From Eledone cirrhosa (lineage: Eukaryota): a DNA stretch of 64,000 nt. Position 1 is the first letter of the stretch; the number at the start of each line of letters is the position of its first letter. Positions 1-13,565 of the stretch are shown piece after piece. The position numbers and the translations under genes were made by a program. The notes under the pieces are model-generated. The model searched no databases. It saw only the letters and a list, made by a program, of their open reading frames with translations, and was not told the origin of the DNA. The stretch is taken from the NCBI GenBank assembly GCA_964016885.1, contig OZ024743.1, forward strand, positions 153,078,001 through 153,142,000, read 5' to 3'.

Positions 1-129
1 TTCAGTTCATCCTGATTTAACAATCACATATAGTCTCATAAAAGAATCACAACTTGAGTTGAACTTCCTCATAAACATGAAATAGCATTATTGATTGAGG
101 AATATTCTATTCATTTATATACACTTCAC

Positions 130-810
130 TAGTTAAAAGCCTACTTATAGTCGTATCTTTGTTCTGCAGGTCTTCCCTGAATTAAAGAAACACTTATTTT
201 CATTGGTGTTGAATCTGACTAGACAAAAAATAGAAGGTCCCCTTGCTGTGGAAGAGAGCTTTAAAATGTGGTAGAACCTAAGCTTGGGAAGTTGGTTCCT
301 GAACCTTCCTGTGTTGGTCAAACAAGGCCTGAGAAAGGGAGAGAGAGAGAGAATCAAGAGTGAAAAAATCGAATTGTTAAAATGTATATACAGTGAATTA
401 TTAGAGTGAGAGGGTGGACACCAAGGCAATGGAGAAGAACCAGAGGGTAGTCAAAGGCCAGATGGCACGATGATCTGACCCAATATATCAACCCCACATG
501 GCCCAATATGGCCAGAGACAGCAAGCAGTGGCAGTCAACCAGGGAAGAGTTTCTCTAATAGGAATGAGAAGATCCTGAATTTTGCATTTTGGATTTTGGA
601 TACACATATATTGCTTGGAGAGAGATAAACCAGGTGTCAATATGCTTGGAAGAAGATGTAAATATAGTAGCATAGCTGAGGTGAAGTGAAAAGATCGCTT
701 TTTTTGGTGGTAGTAATTTTGATGTGTACTGTGTTGTGTTGTGGGGTCAAATGAAAGAACTATTTTGGAAGGTACACACACTCTATGTCGATCTGTAGAG
801 ATTATCCAAA
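130..810 (-). mobile_element. Degenerate LINE fragment (AP endonuclease region)
   Basis: Minus-strand reading gives IGSDHRAI near 465-487 (C-terminal SDH motif of the APE domain) and a VYLP-like motif near 770; many stops; boundaries approximate. Confidence 0.35.
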
Positions 811-1254
811 TTGTTTATATCTTTTTTGTAGCTCCCATGTATTGGTATTGCATAACAGACAACTACAATTTAGCTTCGGCCTGCATCTCCAGTTTAAATG
901 TTTGATGAGAACAGCAGTTAGTTGATGAAGGTGCCTGGAATAACTCAGAGCTAATAACCAAAGAAAAATCCTTCTGTTACTGCTACGTAAATGTGAAGGT
1001 AAGAAAAGAGGGAAAGCATTTTATGTACAAAGTATGACTAAATGTAAAGTGATAACTGAGAAAGCTGGCTTTCTCAGAATATTTATTACAAATCAATGTA
1101 ACTTCAAGAGTGGTGTGTTACCTACACAATTTGATGAAATCCTTTTATCAGAAAACATGAATGTGACTGCAACAAGAGAAAAGGTAGATTTAGTTTGTTC
1201 ATGGCACAAATACACCCTTTTCTATATAGTCAGATATTTAAAAAAATAGATTGG

Positions 1255-1470
1255 TGTTGTTGTTTAGCCCTGGGTCAGACCTGATTGATCAAACCTATGA
1301 TAAAAGGTATTTGAGTCATGATGATCCTATTTTCCCCAATAACCAGTGTATACTGTATCACATTAACCAATGTGCCCCTAATTTTAAAGATTTTAGTGTG
1401 TTATTTACGTGAAATTTGGCTTCTATTTCTAGCAGATATAATGACTCCTTTGATAAAGACTCTTTTGATC
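1255..1470. repeat. Old dispersed SINE-like repeat (family C)
   Basis: ttgtttagccc..ggtcag.cctgat...acctatgat...gatttggc.gctatttctagc motif recurs at about 11525-11710, 50065-50260 and 51690-51815, and inverted at about 2700-2915 and 41380-41560. Confidence 0.55.
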
Positions 1471-2340
1471 TGTTTAAAAATTCGTGAGATTATCAATGGT
1501 CTTGAAGCTAACAATTATGACAGTAAACTTGTATATGAGTATACAAAGGCAAACATGTTCAGATACATGCTTTTGTATCTTTTCCCTCATATATGTAGAT
1601 GACATTCTCAATGTAATCTCTCCTTAAAAAGGGGTATGCAATGACTTTCAAGCTGTTGAATCCTCTGATATTCAGAACAACTTTAATATTAGGCCCACAA
1701 TGGAATAAAGAGTTCTTTCAGTGTTCAAATTCCAGTTTAAAATATCAGATGAGGAGGAAATCTTTCAGTCAATTTCAATAGACAGGATGTCTGTTCATAT
1801 TGATTTAGTTGTCCAACTCAATTAAATCATATCCAGTTACATATTTATTTATTGTATATCACTTTTGTTTTGTAAACATTAGCGTTATTGGATCATTGGT
1901 TACAGGTTTCCAATGTGTCAAACTGCATCTCTGATAATGAGAGTTACAAAAGAATGTTTATAACGTAGTGTAAAATAAATATTGTAAGAGATTTTACTCA
2001 AGCAGTATTGAATTTTAGGTATTCTAGCCAATGCATATGCACATTCATATATAATGCTGAGTTTCTGCACTGTTTCTATTTAACAAATTACATATAAAAA
2101 GTATAGTTCAACAAGAAGCTAAGTAGAAAAAACTTACTCAAACCCATATCCATGTGGTTGCAAGGTGAACTTCTTAACCACATAGCTAAACCTCTGCTCC
2201 ATGTTAAAATGTTTTATAGCAAATAGAGTATCATGGAGGATAAGAGCAGAAACATTAAGAAATATATCATGAGACTAATTGAGAATTGGGAATTACATAG
2301 GTATATATATATATATTTATTCCTCACTATACAATGATCA

Positions 2341-2617
2341 TGGAGGCACGTGGCCTAGTGGTAAGGGTGTTTGACTTATGATCATAATGTTGTGGATTTG
2401 ATTCCTGGCTTGAGTGTTGTGTTCTTGATCAAAACACTTCAATTCATGTTGCTCCAGTATACTCAGCTGAAAATGAGTACCAGCAATAGCTGAGGGTTTA
2501 ACCCTACAATGGAATGGTGTCCTGTCCAGGGGGGAGTCTTGTACTCTCAGTTGCTTCATGCCATGAACCTGGGATAAGCAGTGGCCAAATGAGCCTTCTG
2601 GCTTAAGACAAACTTTA
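2341..2617 (+). mobile_element. tRNA-derived SINE (family B)
   Basis: A-box-like tggcctagtgg and B-box-like gatttgattcc head, body ctcagctgaaaatgagtaccag; second copy inverted at 7185-7436. Confidence 0.75.
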
Positions 2618-3155
2618 GATTTTTCTTTAGATACAATGATCAGAAAATATGAAAAAAATGAAGAAGGCCTTTTAGAATATGTACTACTTCACAATCTTAT
2701 TCCTACATTGACCTGTTGAAGCCACTATATGTTTCCTTGACTTACCAAAAATAGTAGTCAAATCTATCTAAAATAACCTCCTGCCTAGTTTTTATATTTT
2801 GAAAAAGAAAGTCATAATATCATTTAAGGTAAGCTGTCTAAAAAAAGGGTATAGTCAAAGCAAGCTAGAATTCTTTTGGTCATAGATTTGCTTAATCTAT
2901 ACTTGGGCTAAACAACTATACTATCACCACCACCAACAACAACAACAATAACAATCTATATAAGTAGATATTCAATATGAAGAGAAAGGTTGAGTTTATA
3001 ACTGACTCATTTGAAATACTGTTTCAGACCATATGCTTCAAATACTGATTTTAATTGATTATACACACTGACCAACTGGGCAATTAAATGCGTTAACAAA
3101 TGCTTTAAAGCTTACAAGGTATACTCTATTGAATATTTGAAATGTAAAACCATCC

Positions 3156-3330
<175 letters not shown>

Positions 3331-4482
3331 AGAAGTATCTGAAAACCAGTTAGAATATGAAGGTTATAGTTTCCATTAAGCCTTTGATAAGAATATTGGA
3401 AACATGCATAGAAAAGAAGCTCAAATCAGCCAATATGAGGAGCTTTTATCCTTTTAGAGAAATTTATTGGCTGAGTTGAATGTCACATCCTACAAATCTT
3501 CACACTATACTGTGTATATATGTGTATCTCATAATGGCTTTGTTATGGTTGGCAGTAAATGATTATTTTGCTTTCACATTATGCCCTGTGAAAGCAAATT
3601 ACTGAAGACATCTACTTTTCACTTTATTTATCAATTTTGTGGCTTTCATTTCATTTTGTTGCCAGATTAACATTTCCAAGTAGGGAAATTTCCTCTAAAT
3701 ACCATTGGAAATTTGTTTTGATTGGAAAGTTACAGCACACTGTTGGTAAAACTAATTAGGCTTTTTTTTGTTAGTTGGAGTATGTTAAGTGTGAAGATAA
3801 ATGCATTGTATCTGTCTTCCTTGTAATATTATCCTGATACCCTATGAGAGGCAAATTTTGAAATGGCTCTGCCACTATACAGTGGTGACCATAACTGAAC
3901 CCTGAAACCTAATGCTGCACATATATCTTAAGTGTGTGAAATTTTAAATATACTAAATAAACTCTCTTGGCTTTTTATCTACAATATCCTGCATTCACCA
4001 TCATCATCATTGTTTTTACGTCTGTTTTCCATGCTTAAAGTCGAATTAAGTACTGATTTGTTTTGTGATGACCCATCCTACCTTTGCTAGCTGGAGAAAT
4101 GGATGTTAAATGGTGATGATGTATTTACTAAGCATTAATACCAACGCAGTATCTCTAACAAATAGGGTTTATAATAAGCCACATTATGAACTCAGAAACA
4201 TATGCTGTCAAACAAGATATTGTAAACCACCACTACTCTGTTTTTAAACATTTAAACAAATACTACTGGCTTTTAAAATGTGTCAACATTAACGTAATCT
4301 AAGATTTCTATGAACAAATATGATTTAATTATAGTAAAGATCATGCATGACAAATGTACTTTACATTTGGTTAATTAGCAAGCAGCAAGTTGAAGTAGAA
4401 TGCTTGTGTGTTGAATTCTTCATGATGAATTCCTTATTTAGTTATTGTTTTTAGAATGTATAATCTATTTACTGAATTGTAA

Positions 4483-4669
4483 ATAATTGTTTCTACTTTT
4501 GGCACAAGGCCAGCAATTACCCAGTGTATTACTGGTACTTTATTTTATCGACCCCATAAGGATGAAAGGCAAAGTTAACGTCGGCAGGATTTGAACTCAG
4601 AATGGCAAGGGCCGTAACTCTATGCGTCAAAGCATGGAGTCCGACCCTCTTCCGATACTGCCAATCCAC
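4483..4669 (-). mobile_element. tRNA-derived SINE family A (octopus OR/OK-like), ATT tail
   Basis: Reverse complement reads gtggattggcagtatcgg...gagttcaaatcc (B box)...gcctttcatcctt..ggggtcgataaaataaagtaccag...gtagaaacaatt; about 10 copies in the window. Confidence 0.9.
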
Positions 4670-4685
4670 ATTACTGAATTGTAAA

Positions 4686-4878
4686 TATTTTTTTTTTTTT
4701 CTACTTTTGGCACAAGGCCAGCAAATTAACCAGTGTATTACTGGTACTTTATTTTATCGACCCCGTAAGGATGAACGGCAAAGTTAACCTCGGCGGGATT
4801 TGAACTCAGAATGGCAAGGGCCGTAACTCTATGTGTCAAAGCATGGCGTCCGAGCCTCTACCGATACTGCCAATCCAC
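4686..4878 (-). mobile_element. tRNA-derived SINE family A, second tandem copy
   Basis: Near-identical to 4483-4669; flanked by actgaattgtaaata on both sides. Confidence 0.9.
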
Positions 4879-6368
4879 TGAATTGTAAATAATGCTTCAT
4901 ATATAAATGGAGTTGTTATTTGGAAGCAGAATAGGAAAGTTTTGATTGAGCTTTATAATTTATATTATGGTATTAATCTCATTAATAATTTCGTTATTAT
5001 TATTATTATGTTATAAGCTTTAATGATATGTTATATTGCTAATGCTGTAGAATAAATACATGATGATTATGATGATAATGATCACTTTCGTCATCCCCCC
5101 CCTCCTCCTCATCATCATCATCATCATCATCTCTCTTCTTCATCCATCAACATCATCACTGTTGTCATCATAAACATCATTGTTTTAACCTATTTCTTTC
5201 CCTGTTGGTAGAATTGGGGCAGGTCTACCATGCCATATATTTACTACTTGTGGTTTTCTATGTAATCTAAACCTTTAGTCCTAGTATCTTGAGAACTTAT
5301 GTCATTACAACTTCTTGCATCTCTATACATCTTTCTCTGCCTCCGGTAACTATCATTGTTAATATATAACATCACATATTCAAATCCGTGCAGCCAAATT
5401 TCCTGCATAACATCTAATTATTTTAAGGCTCTTGATACCTGTTTGCTTCTTGCTCCTTAAACACTTTCAAAGGAGGGCTTTGTTTGAAATGTCTAAAGTA
5501 AAATGCTAGACATCATGACTTTCTATAGCACACAAAGATTATTCAAATTTGAGAACCTAATTAAATGATTTTGCTTCCAAAGATTGTTACTAATTTACTT
5601 GGACGCTGGTTTTTATACCTTTCAGAAAATTTAACATTGAACTTTTCTCGATCTTCCACATTGAATATCCATGTTTTACTATAATGCAGCAGCAGCATTT
5701 TACCTAAAAATCCACTGCAGTTTTTCTATAGCAATTATTTGTTTTAAGTATACTATATTGTGTACATTTTCTTTTTCTTTCCTACATATTCAGGAAGGTG
5801 AATTCCCATTAATTAAAATGATGATTATTACTCGTGACCGTAAAACTTTTCAACTACAAACTATTTTGTTAGGTGTGAAGAGTTTCCTGCAGATCTTTAA
5901 ATTATTCTTTCTGTAATGAAAGACAAGTCATCAAAATATTAAAGAAATACATAAAGACATTAAGTTTTGAACTGTGATATTATTATTTCAATAATTATAA
6001 TGTGTAGTGACAAGCTACAGTGATTTTAATATTTTGATGACCTGTTTCTTGGTACAAATCCAAATATCAAATGTTTCTAAATACAAGCAAATAATTCCCT
6101 CAACTCAATTTAATATTCATTCAGCTACTTTTAAGAGTTAATCCAAGAGTTTGCGACTTCAGTAATTACCTCTCTCCAGCATACATCTATTGATCTCATA
6201 GAAGTTAGTCATATGAGTCATTGAAGATGGAGTACCACCTTCAAGGTTTTTTTTCGTTAATTAAATCAACACCTTCTTTGCTCAGATGGCATTTTTAATA
6301 TCTTGATTGAACCAAGGAGTCTTCCTGCAGCACAGTACCATGCCAAGCCACTATAACCCACATTATTT

Positions 6369-6533
6369 AGGGTCGGACGCCATGCTTTCCAGCATAGTTA
6401 CATCCCTTTATGATCTGAGTTCAAATCCTGCCGAGGTTGACTTTGCCTTTCATCCTTACGGGGTCGATAAAATAAAGTACCAGTAATGCACTGGGTGATT
6501 GCTGGCCTTGTGCCTAAAGTAGAAACAATTATT
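6369..6533 (+). mobile_element. SINE family A, 5'-truncated
   Basis: Family A body and gtagaaacaattatt tail; attattta on both flanks (possible TSD). Confidence 0.9.
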
Positions 6534-6544
6534 TAACAGCTGAA

Positions 6545-6960
6545 ACTGAAACTACTGAGTTGAACAGACTCCACTCTCTTTCAATGTCCTTAGATTGTTC
6601 AGAGAGTTCTCTGAAATTTGGATGCAAAGGTATCCACATACCTGGTCCTAACCACCTTATCAGCCAGTACTGTTCACATTATCCTGTAGATTGAACTGGA
6701 CCTGCAGGTTTTGTGGGTTTCTTGGCTGTAGGCTGTCTGAGGCTGCAGATGACTAGATGGTCATCAGTTGATAGCTCAGTCAATCTCTTAACATCAATAT
6801 CTAACACAGAATTGAAGAGATCAGAGACAACAACAAAATCAATTACTGATTTCTATCCCCAATTTCCTTTATACCATGTGTATTTATGGATGGATCTTTG
6901 TGCTGGAAAAAGGTGTTTGTAATAGAGAGCCCATTACTGGAACAGAAGTTTAATAAGGCT
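6545..6960 (-). mobile_element. RTE-clade LINE fragment (APE domain, Expander/Rex3-like)
   Basis: Minus-strand motifs ITNTFFQHK, HKYTWY, SVIDFVVV and TELSTDDHLVICSL, with frameshifts. Confidence 0.7.
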
Positions 6961-7184
6961 TCTCCATTTATATTTAGATTGGATCGCTGTTCCTTCCAAT
7001 TACTCCTTTCCATGTTATGTGGTCAGTGACAACATGTACATTGAAGTTTCTCATTAGCTTGGCTTGGAAATAAGAATTCCTTCTTCTATTTGCAGTACAT
7101 GCAGGCAGAGACAGTAAAAGTATCCAACGTTAAGACATTGAAGGACGTTGGTGTTAAGCTGGCATCTGTCTTTTAAAAGATGTC

Positions 7185-7436
7185 TAAAGTTTGTCTTGAG
7201 CCCAGAGGCTCATCAGGCTGGTGCTTATGTGACTGAGAGAACAGGATTCTTCGCTGGGCAAGATTCCAGTCCATCGCTGGGTTAAACCCCCAGCTATTAC
7301 TGGTACTCATTTTCAGCTGAGTATACTAGAGCAACATGAAATGAAGTGTTTTGTTCAAGAAAACAATTCACAGCCAAGTCCAGAAATCGAACCAATGATA
7401 TTATGATTGTAAGTCCAACACCCATGTGCCTCCACA
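7185..7436 (-). mobile_element. tRNA-derived SINE (family B)
   Basis: Reverse complement matches 2341-2617, including B box ggttcgatt and 3' end ggctcaagacaaacttt. Confidence 0.75.
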
Positions 7437-9229
7437 ATCTGACTTTAGATCAGCAAATATTCTGGCAGACTATCTGCTAACTTTGTAAATTGTCCCCACC
7501 ACACCTGCTATCAGGAACTCATCTTGGGTTCTTCTCTCTTCTTTAGAGAGGTGCTTCCTCACAAGGAGCAGAGAATACTTTGCTGATCTTCTAAACCTGG
7601 TCACATCTTCTGATGAGGGGTGAAAGAGCCCTCTTGTTTATGTTTCATCATCGACCACCCACACATCTGACCAACTTCAGTAATTGCCATCTCCCAGATT
7701 TCATCCTTGAAACTTTGGTTGACTCATGAGTGTGGTGCAAAATACTTCCTCAAAATGCTAGAGTGGGGTCCAATCACACAACTAGGCCATTTTAACACTT
7801 CTAATAAATATAACAAATTTTACACATTTTTGGGGATACAGTACTAAGAATTTTTCCATATAGTTCTGAAATTTTGTATGGAAGTTCTACTGTATTCTTA
7901 GAAAATTACTGAATAGCCTGAAGGAAACAATCTCACTCCTGTTCCCCTAAATTCAGAGGAGATAAAGAGTCATGTTGTTGGCTCTGGCTTTGCTGAAGGG
8001 AAGAAACAGAGTTAAGTGCACTGTTCAAAGACAGAAGGTCATCTGTTTTGATCTCATGACCTATGATTTTAGCTTCTGGTATCTTGATCATTGAACTCTT
8101 GTATAAATAACATTTTATTGAAACTAACTTGATATAATTTAAAGACATTGTAAAAACACCTGTATATGTATTAACCAATGTTGGTATCAATATGTTAATG
8201 AAATGGATGATATATATTTGGTGAAAATAATTACCAAAGTTGTAATACAGCAGAACACATGGGAAATAATGAATATGTTGAAATATTGACTGTATAAACA
8301 GCACAGGACATAATATTTAGAAGGGAACAAGCAGAAAATGTTGCATCATTTTGAATTTAATATATGAACTATAAACATGCTGAGAAAGAAACTGTAGTTT
8401 TTATATAAGTAGTACAAATAAATAAGTCTGTGTACTGATAAAAAAAACCTTCACCATCAAATTTGTAGTGATGTAGACTTCCAGCATTCTATCAGGGCAG
8501 AGTGGACCACCCACAGGTGTGAGCTATGTGACTTTGAAATGTCCATTGTGTTTCTCTTGCCATCCACTATTGGTACCATAAGGCAGCTTGCACCTGCATG
8601 CCAGAGAGCATTCCCCAACACTGTCTAGGCCTACATCATTAGAGTAGTGATGTTTAAGTACTCATATTGTTATTATACACTAAATACGTTGAGTAAAAAC
8701 TACTACTGTGGCAAATGGATATGTAAGTGAGATAACTATTTAAAATGGCACATTATAATTTTAAGTATATTTTGGTTGCTATTTCTAACAGGTTGAATGA
8801 CTGCAAAGAGGCTATCATGTTAGTTAACATATGAACATGTATGAAGTATAGACGATGTATATTAATGCCAAAATGATAGAAATAATTAGGTGAAAGAAAT
8901 CTTAAAATGATGTAGATAAATCTGATATAAAAAAGTAGAATTCTTAGATGAAATTTTACAGGATAATATAATTAAAAAACTTCTCAGTGTCTATTGGATG
9001 AAAGATAAAAGAATGTTCAACTGGTGGTGATGGTAAGGCTGATTGTAGTTTTTATCAAAAACTAGATATTAATAATATTATAAAGAAATAAACTAGAAAT
9101 TAATTATATCTACCATAGGGATATTGAAGAAACTTTACCTTCACATAGGCAACATAGGGTAGATTAGTTTCATGCAACATCATATTTATTCATTTAATCA
9201 AATAAATGTACAGGGACCAGCTGTACAAG

Positions 9230-11340
9230 TTAGCAGTAGTATAGTAAGTAAGGCAATCGAGGATATGAAGTCAGGCAGAGCAGCTGGACCTTCAAGGATA
9301 GTTGTTGAGATGCTGAAAGCATCAGGTATGATGGGCCACACTGCATTGTAAACCAAGTTATACAAAATGGTGTCATACCAAATGACTGGTCTGGCAGCAT
9401 CATTATAAACTGCTACAAGGACAAAGTTGATGCCCTAGATAGGGAAAACTACAGAGGCATTAATTTGGTTGACCAGGTTATGAAGATCACTAAAAGTGTC
9501 ATAGCTCAGCTGATTAGGAAATTAGTTAACCTAGATGAGATACAGTTTGGGTTTGTACTGGGTAAAAGTACCACAGATGCCCTCTTCCTTGTAAGACAAC
9601 TGCAGGAGAAGTACCTAGCTAATAGTAAACACCTCTACTTGGCTTTTGTAGACATGGAGAAAGCTTTTGACAGAGACCCCCATTCTGGTGGGTTCTTAGA
9701 AAACTATTGTAGACAAGTGGCTTGTGAGGGCTGTACAACCCATGTACAGAAGAACAGTCAGCAAGGTCAGAATTAACAATGACTGCAGCAAAGAATTTAG
9801 TGTGCAGGTTGGTGTCCACCAAGGCTCAGTTCTTATCATCGTTCTACAGGCAATAACAGAAGAGTTTAAGACTGGCTGCCCATGTAAATTTCTGTATGCT
9901 GATGACCTAACCCTTATAGTCGAATCTATACCTGAATTAGAGATGAAATTCCAAACCTGAAAGCACGGCCTGGAATCTAAAGCTCTTAAAGTCAACTTAG
10001 CAAAGACTAAAGTTCTATTAGAAAGGTTTACAGGGCCCAGATCTCCTCAGGGAAATGGACTTGCTCAGTGTGCTGAAAAGGAGTAGGTAGGAATTCCATA
10101 CTATTTCCCAAATGCAAGCTATAGGTGCACAAGAGATGTAGTGGGATCCCAGGCAGACTAACAAAGAATGTAGGTTTTACATGCTGTCGGTGCACAAGTA
10201 GCAAGAGCTCTCAAGATACTATCACCTCCAAATTCCTAGAGCATTTTATAGAAGTGGTAGATAGCTTATGTCACCTTGGTAACCAAATCAGCAGTGGGGG
10301 AGAGTATTTTGAAAGTACAGAAGCCAGAGTGAGATCGATTGGAGAAAGTTCAGGGATCTACTGCCGCTGCTAACTACAAAAGGTTTTTCCCTCAATATGA
10401 AAGGCAGACTGTATGATGCATGTATAAGAACAACTATGTTACACAGAAGTTAGGTCTGGGCTCTGTATGCAGAGAACCTGCGGAGATTAGAAAGAAATGA
10501 AGCCTCCATGCTTCGATGGATGTGCAATAGCAATATATGTGAACAGCAAAGCATAAATGAACTACGTGAGAAATTAGGCATAAGAGGGATCGGATGTTGT
10601 GTGCAGAAGAAGAGATTGCGTTGGTATGGGCACATGATGTGTATGAAGGATGACAGCTGTATAAAAAGGTGCAGAGCATTCAAAGTTGATGGTACCCATG
10701 GAGTAGGCAGGCCTAGGAAGACTTGGGATGAGGTAATAAGAGCTGACTTTACTCAATTACACCTCAATAAGGCAATGACACAGGACTGTGACCTCTGGAG
10801 CTATGAAGTATTACAGAAGACCCGCCCTCTATTATTCTCAGGCTTAGGCATATACCTAATAGTCAACATCATTTCCCTGCCATAAACCTCCCTTATACCT
10901 ATGTCCCCAATTTCCCATAGCATCTTCACCACCCCTCCCAAGTTCCTAACCTTCTATATAAATTGATCTATCTGGAGCCACGATAAAAGAGCCCAGCCCA
11001 CTACAGTGGTCATGTAGGTGTCATGACAAAAGTGAGCATCCAGTCTGCACTGTGAATTTGTCATGCAGGTGTCATGACAAAAAGTATCCAATCCATACTG
11101 TAAAATTGTCATGTAGGTGTCATGACAAAAAACATTCAGTGCTGTAAAGTGGTCATGTAAGTGACATGGCAAAAAGCACACAGTAAATGTGGTTGGTGTT
11201 ATGAAGGGCATCCAGTCGTAGAAACCAAGCCAAATCAGTTCTGTGTGAGTGAATCACAGTCCCCCAACCTGATACCTCACAAAGGGTCAGCCCATCCTAC
11301 CCATGCTAGCGTGGAAGATCGACGGTAAAAGATGATGATG
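9230..11340 (+). mobile_element. RTE-clade LINE, 5'-truncated, degenerate
   Basis: RT motifs QFGF..GKSTTDA, AFVDMEKAFD, GVHQGS, LYADDL, LRWYGH, GRPRKTW; (GAT)n tail at about 11331; several stops and frameshifts. Confidence 0.92.
11007..11180 (+). repeat. About 48-bp tandem repeat (x4) in RTE 3' UTR
   Basis: Unit gtcatgtaggtgtcatgacaaaa...ctgtaaa repeated four times; about two units in the homologous UTR at 22780-22875. Confidence 0.75.
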
Positions 11341-11856
11341 GTAATGTTGATGCTGATGATGAAAACCTTAAATAATATTAATTTGAATAACTATGAGAAA
11401 GAGATGGGTTACCAAGACCCAATGATAGTAAAAACAGCAGTTGCGAATGACTGGCATGTGCAGCAAAGAACAAGGAATACAAGATGAAAAAATGCTATGA
11501 GTTCATAGAGGAGGATCACACAGTGTTGTTGTTTTTCTCAGGTCAATTCTGATTGACCAGACAAGGAATCAAAGTCATTCCAGCCATGATCATTTAATTT
11601 TTTCAGACATAGTTTATATCAGAATATATCATCAACTATGACCTTCCTTTACTTTTAAAGATGTTAGAGTGTAATTTGAGGAAGATTAGGGTGATATTCC
11701 TAGTATAAGAGGTTTGTCACAAAGCAGTGTTGAATGATCAGTCAGACATAAGAATCTAGGACCTTAAATGTGATATTCCACCATCCATATGGATATATGA
11801 AGTTAGATCATACATACCAGATGAAGCTGTTGAAGAAGAATGATGATCATGACAAT

Positions 11857-11903
11857 GAAGAAGAAGAAGAAGAAGAAGAAGAAGAAGAAGAAGAAGAAGA
11901 AGA
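11857..11903. repeat. (GAA)n microsatellite
   Basis: Direct reading. Confidence 0.95.
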
Positions 11904-13320
11904 ACGCCAAGCCGTATTATCCTGGTAACATAAATGTGATAGTATAACTATATATTCATACATGTTATAACATAATTATATGTACTATATAAAAACTATA
12001 TATTTTGGAGATTATTATTACAAGAGGAATGTGTATGCAAAACATGGACACTGTGCAACGGTTTTATATGTTACAAAGAAAGACTTGTGAGTTTAGTCTT
12101 ATTCTATGAATGATTCACATATTTAGAATTTTACCCTTGGAATAATATACTGAGGAATAAGCATTTAGGGAAGAAACACACAATAAGGTTAATAGCCCTA
12201 TCAAAATATGTAGTCAATCATAAATATAACCTCTTTGATGTGATATAGCTTTCAATGTTGTCTCTTTTTATATTAATACATGCATAGTTGTTCGCATAAA
12301 CATACACAGCCTGTTCGTGTCTTTCCATAAAAAGTGGACCTGCAATAGTTTAAACAGAATATTAATTGCATGGATCACACCAGAGGGCCTGCGGAGACTA
12401 TGGAAACTTCTCCTTACTCCAAATCTATCAAGTATAGAAGCAAACAAAAACATACATACATCCATGCATATATATGTACACACATAAATATTACATACAC
12501 ACACATTCATATGTAGATACAAACATACACACACACACATATGTGTGCAAAGTGCAGAAAGAAAATACAAAGCAAACAACGCAGTACAATGAAGAAATAG
12601 TGTGCCAAAAGTAGAAACAATTATTAGTTTTCCGCTTGATATAGTTTCAGACGCTAGTCCTTCATCAGAAAATAGAATAAGAAAGTAAAGAAGAAAGAGA
12701 AAGATTGAGGAGACGGCCAGTGACAGAAATGAAAAACAAAATGTTTTAGAGAAAAAACAGATCTATTCATGGAAAACTGTTGATGTTGCTGTTTTGTGAG
12801 ATAATCCTGTGTTAAAATATGGTGATTGAGCACGTCTAGTTGAAAGGGAAAAAAATACCGTTTTGTTTATAGAGCTGTACATTTGAGCATGTGTATATAT
12901 GTGTGTGTGACTGTGTGCGCACGCATGTACGTGTGTGTGTGTGTGTGTGTGTGTGCACGCATGTACGTGCGTGCGTATGTGTGTGCACGCATGTACGTGT
13001 GCTTGTGTGTTTGTTTGTTATTCATCTGTATGAAGCTAGTCAGATTCCCACATTGGATTTTCACCCTGGAATTGGACTTTCACCCGGTCTCTACTTGAAC
13101 TACCATTTAGATATCTTTTTGAATCACTGGATTTTCTGATAGCTTTTTACTATATATATATATAAATATAGTGTAGGTAGTACAGTGAAATACGCATAAC
13201 AGGTCGATATGCAATAAATATTTTTCATATGTAAATGTAACTTTCTCATTTTTTCTATTCTATATAAATATATGTATATATATATATCAAAATGAAAATC
13301 CGAAGGCAAGGTAAAATTTC

Positions 13321-13416
13321 CAATCATTTTAATCACAACACATGTTTCAATAAGAGATAGATCGATCGTGAAGACATGATCGATTATCACTGATTTCGTC
13401 AGGTGAAAATGAATTG
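13321..13416 (-). ncRNA. Type I hammerhead ribozyme motif (slightly decayed)
   Basis: Minus strand: tcac CTGACGA [stem II aat..gata atcgatc / gatcgat.tatc..att] GAAA catgtg TT gtga; stem I extends via catttt/aaaatg and caat/attg; stem III acatgtgt near-palindromic; triplet GUU. Confidence 0.7.
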
Positions 13417-13478
13417 TCTTCAAATTCTTGATATGAGGGAGAAAATTAACAATGTTCACTCACAGAGTTTATTCCCTC

Positions 13479-13481
<3 letters not shown>

Positions 13482-13561
<80 letters not shown>
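13482..13561. repeat. (TA)n microsatellite
   Basis: Direct reading. Confidence 0.95.

Positions 13562-13565
<4 letters not shown>

Noticed and set aside
7610-7640. ctgatgaggggtgaaa hammerhead-like core
   Set aside because: No stem II, stem III or stem I pairing
11007-11180. Regularly spaced repeats resembling a CRISPR array
   Set aside because: Spacers are related to each other; lies in an RTE 3' UTR; eukaryotic context with no cas genes
12631-12674. Minus-strand CTGATGA a ggac tagc gtct GAAA ctata TC
   Set aside because: Core and stem II are plausible but stems I and III are weak; counted only as a partial relic, not listed as a feature
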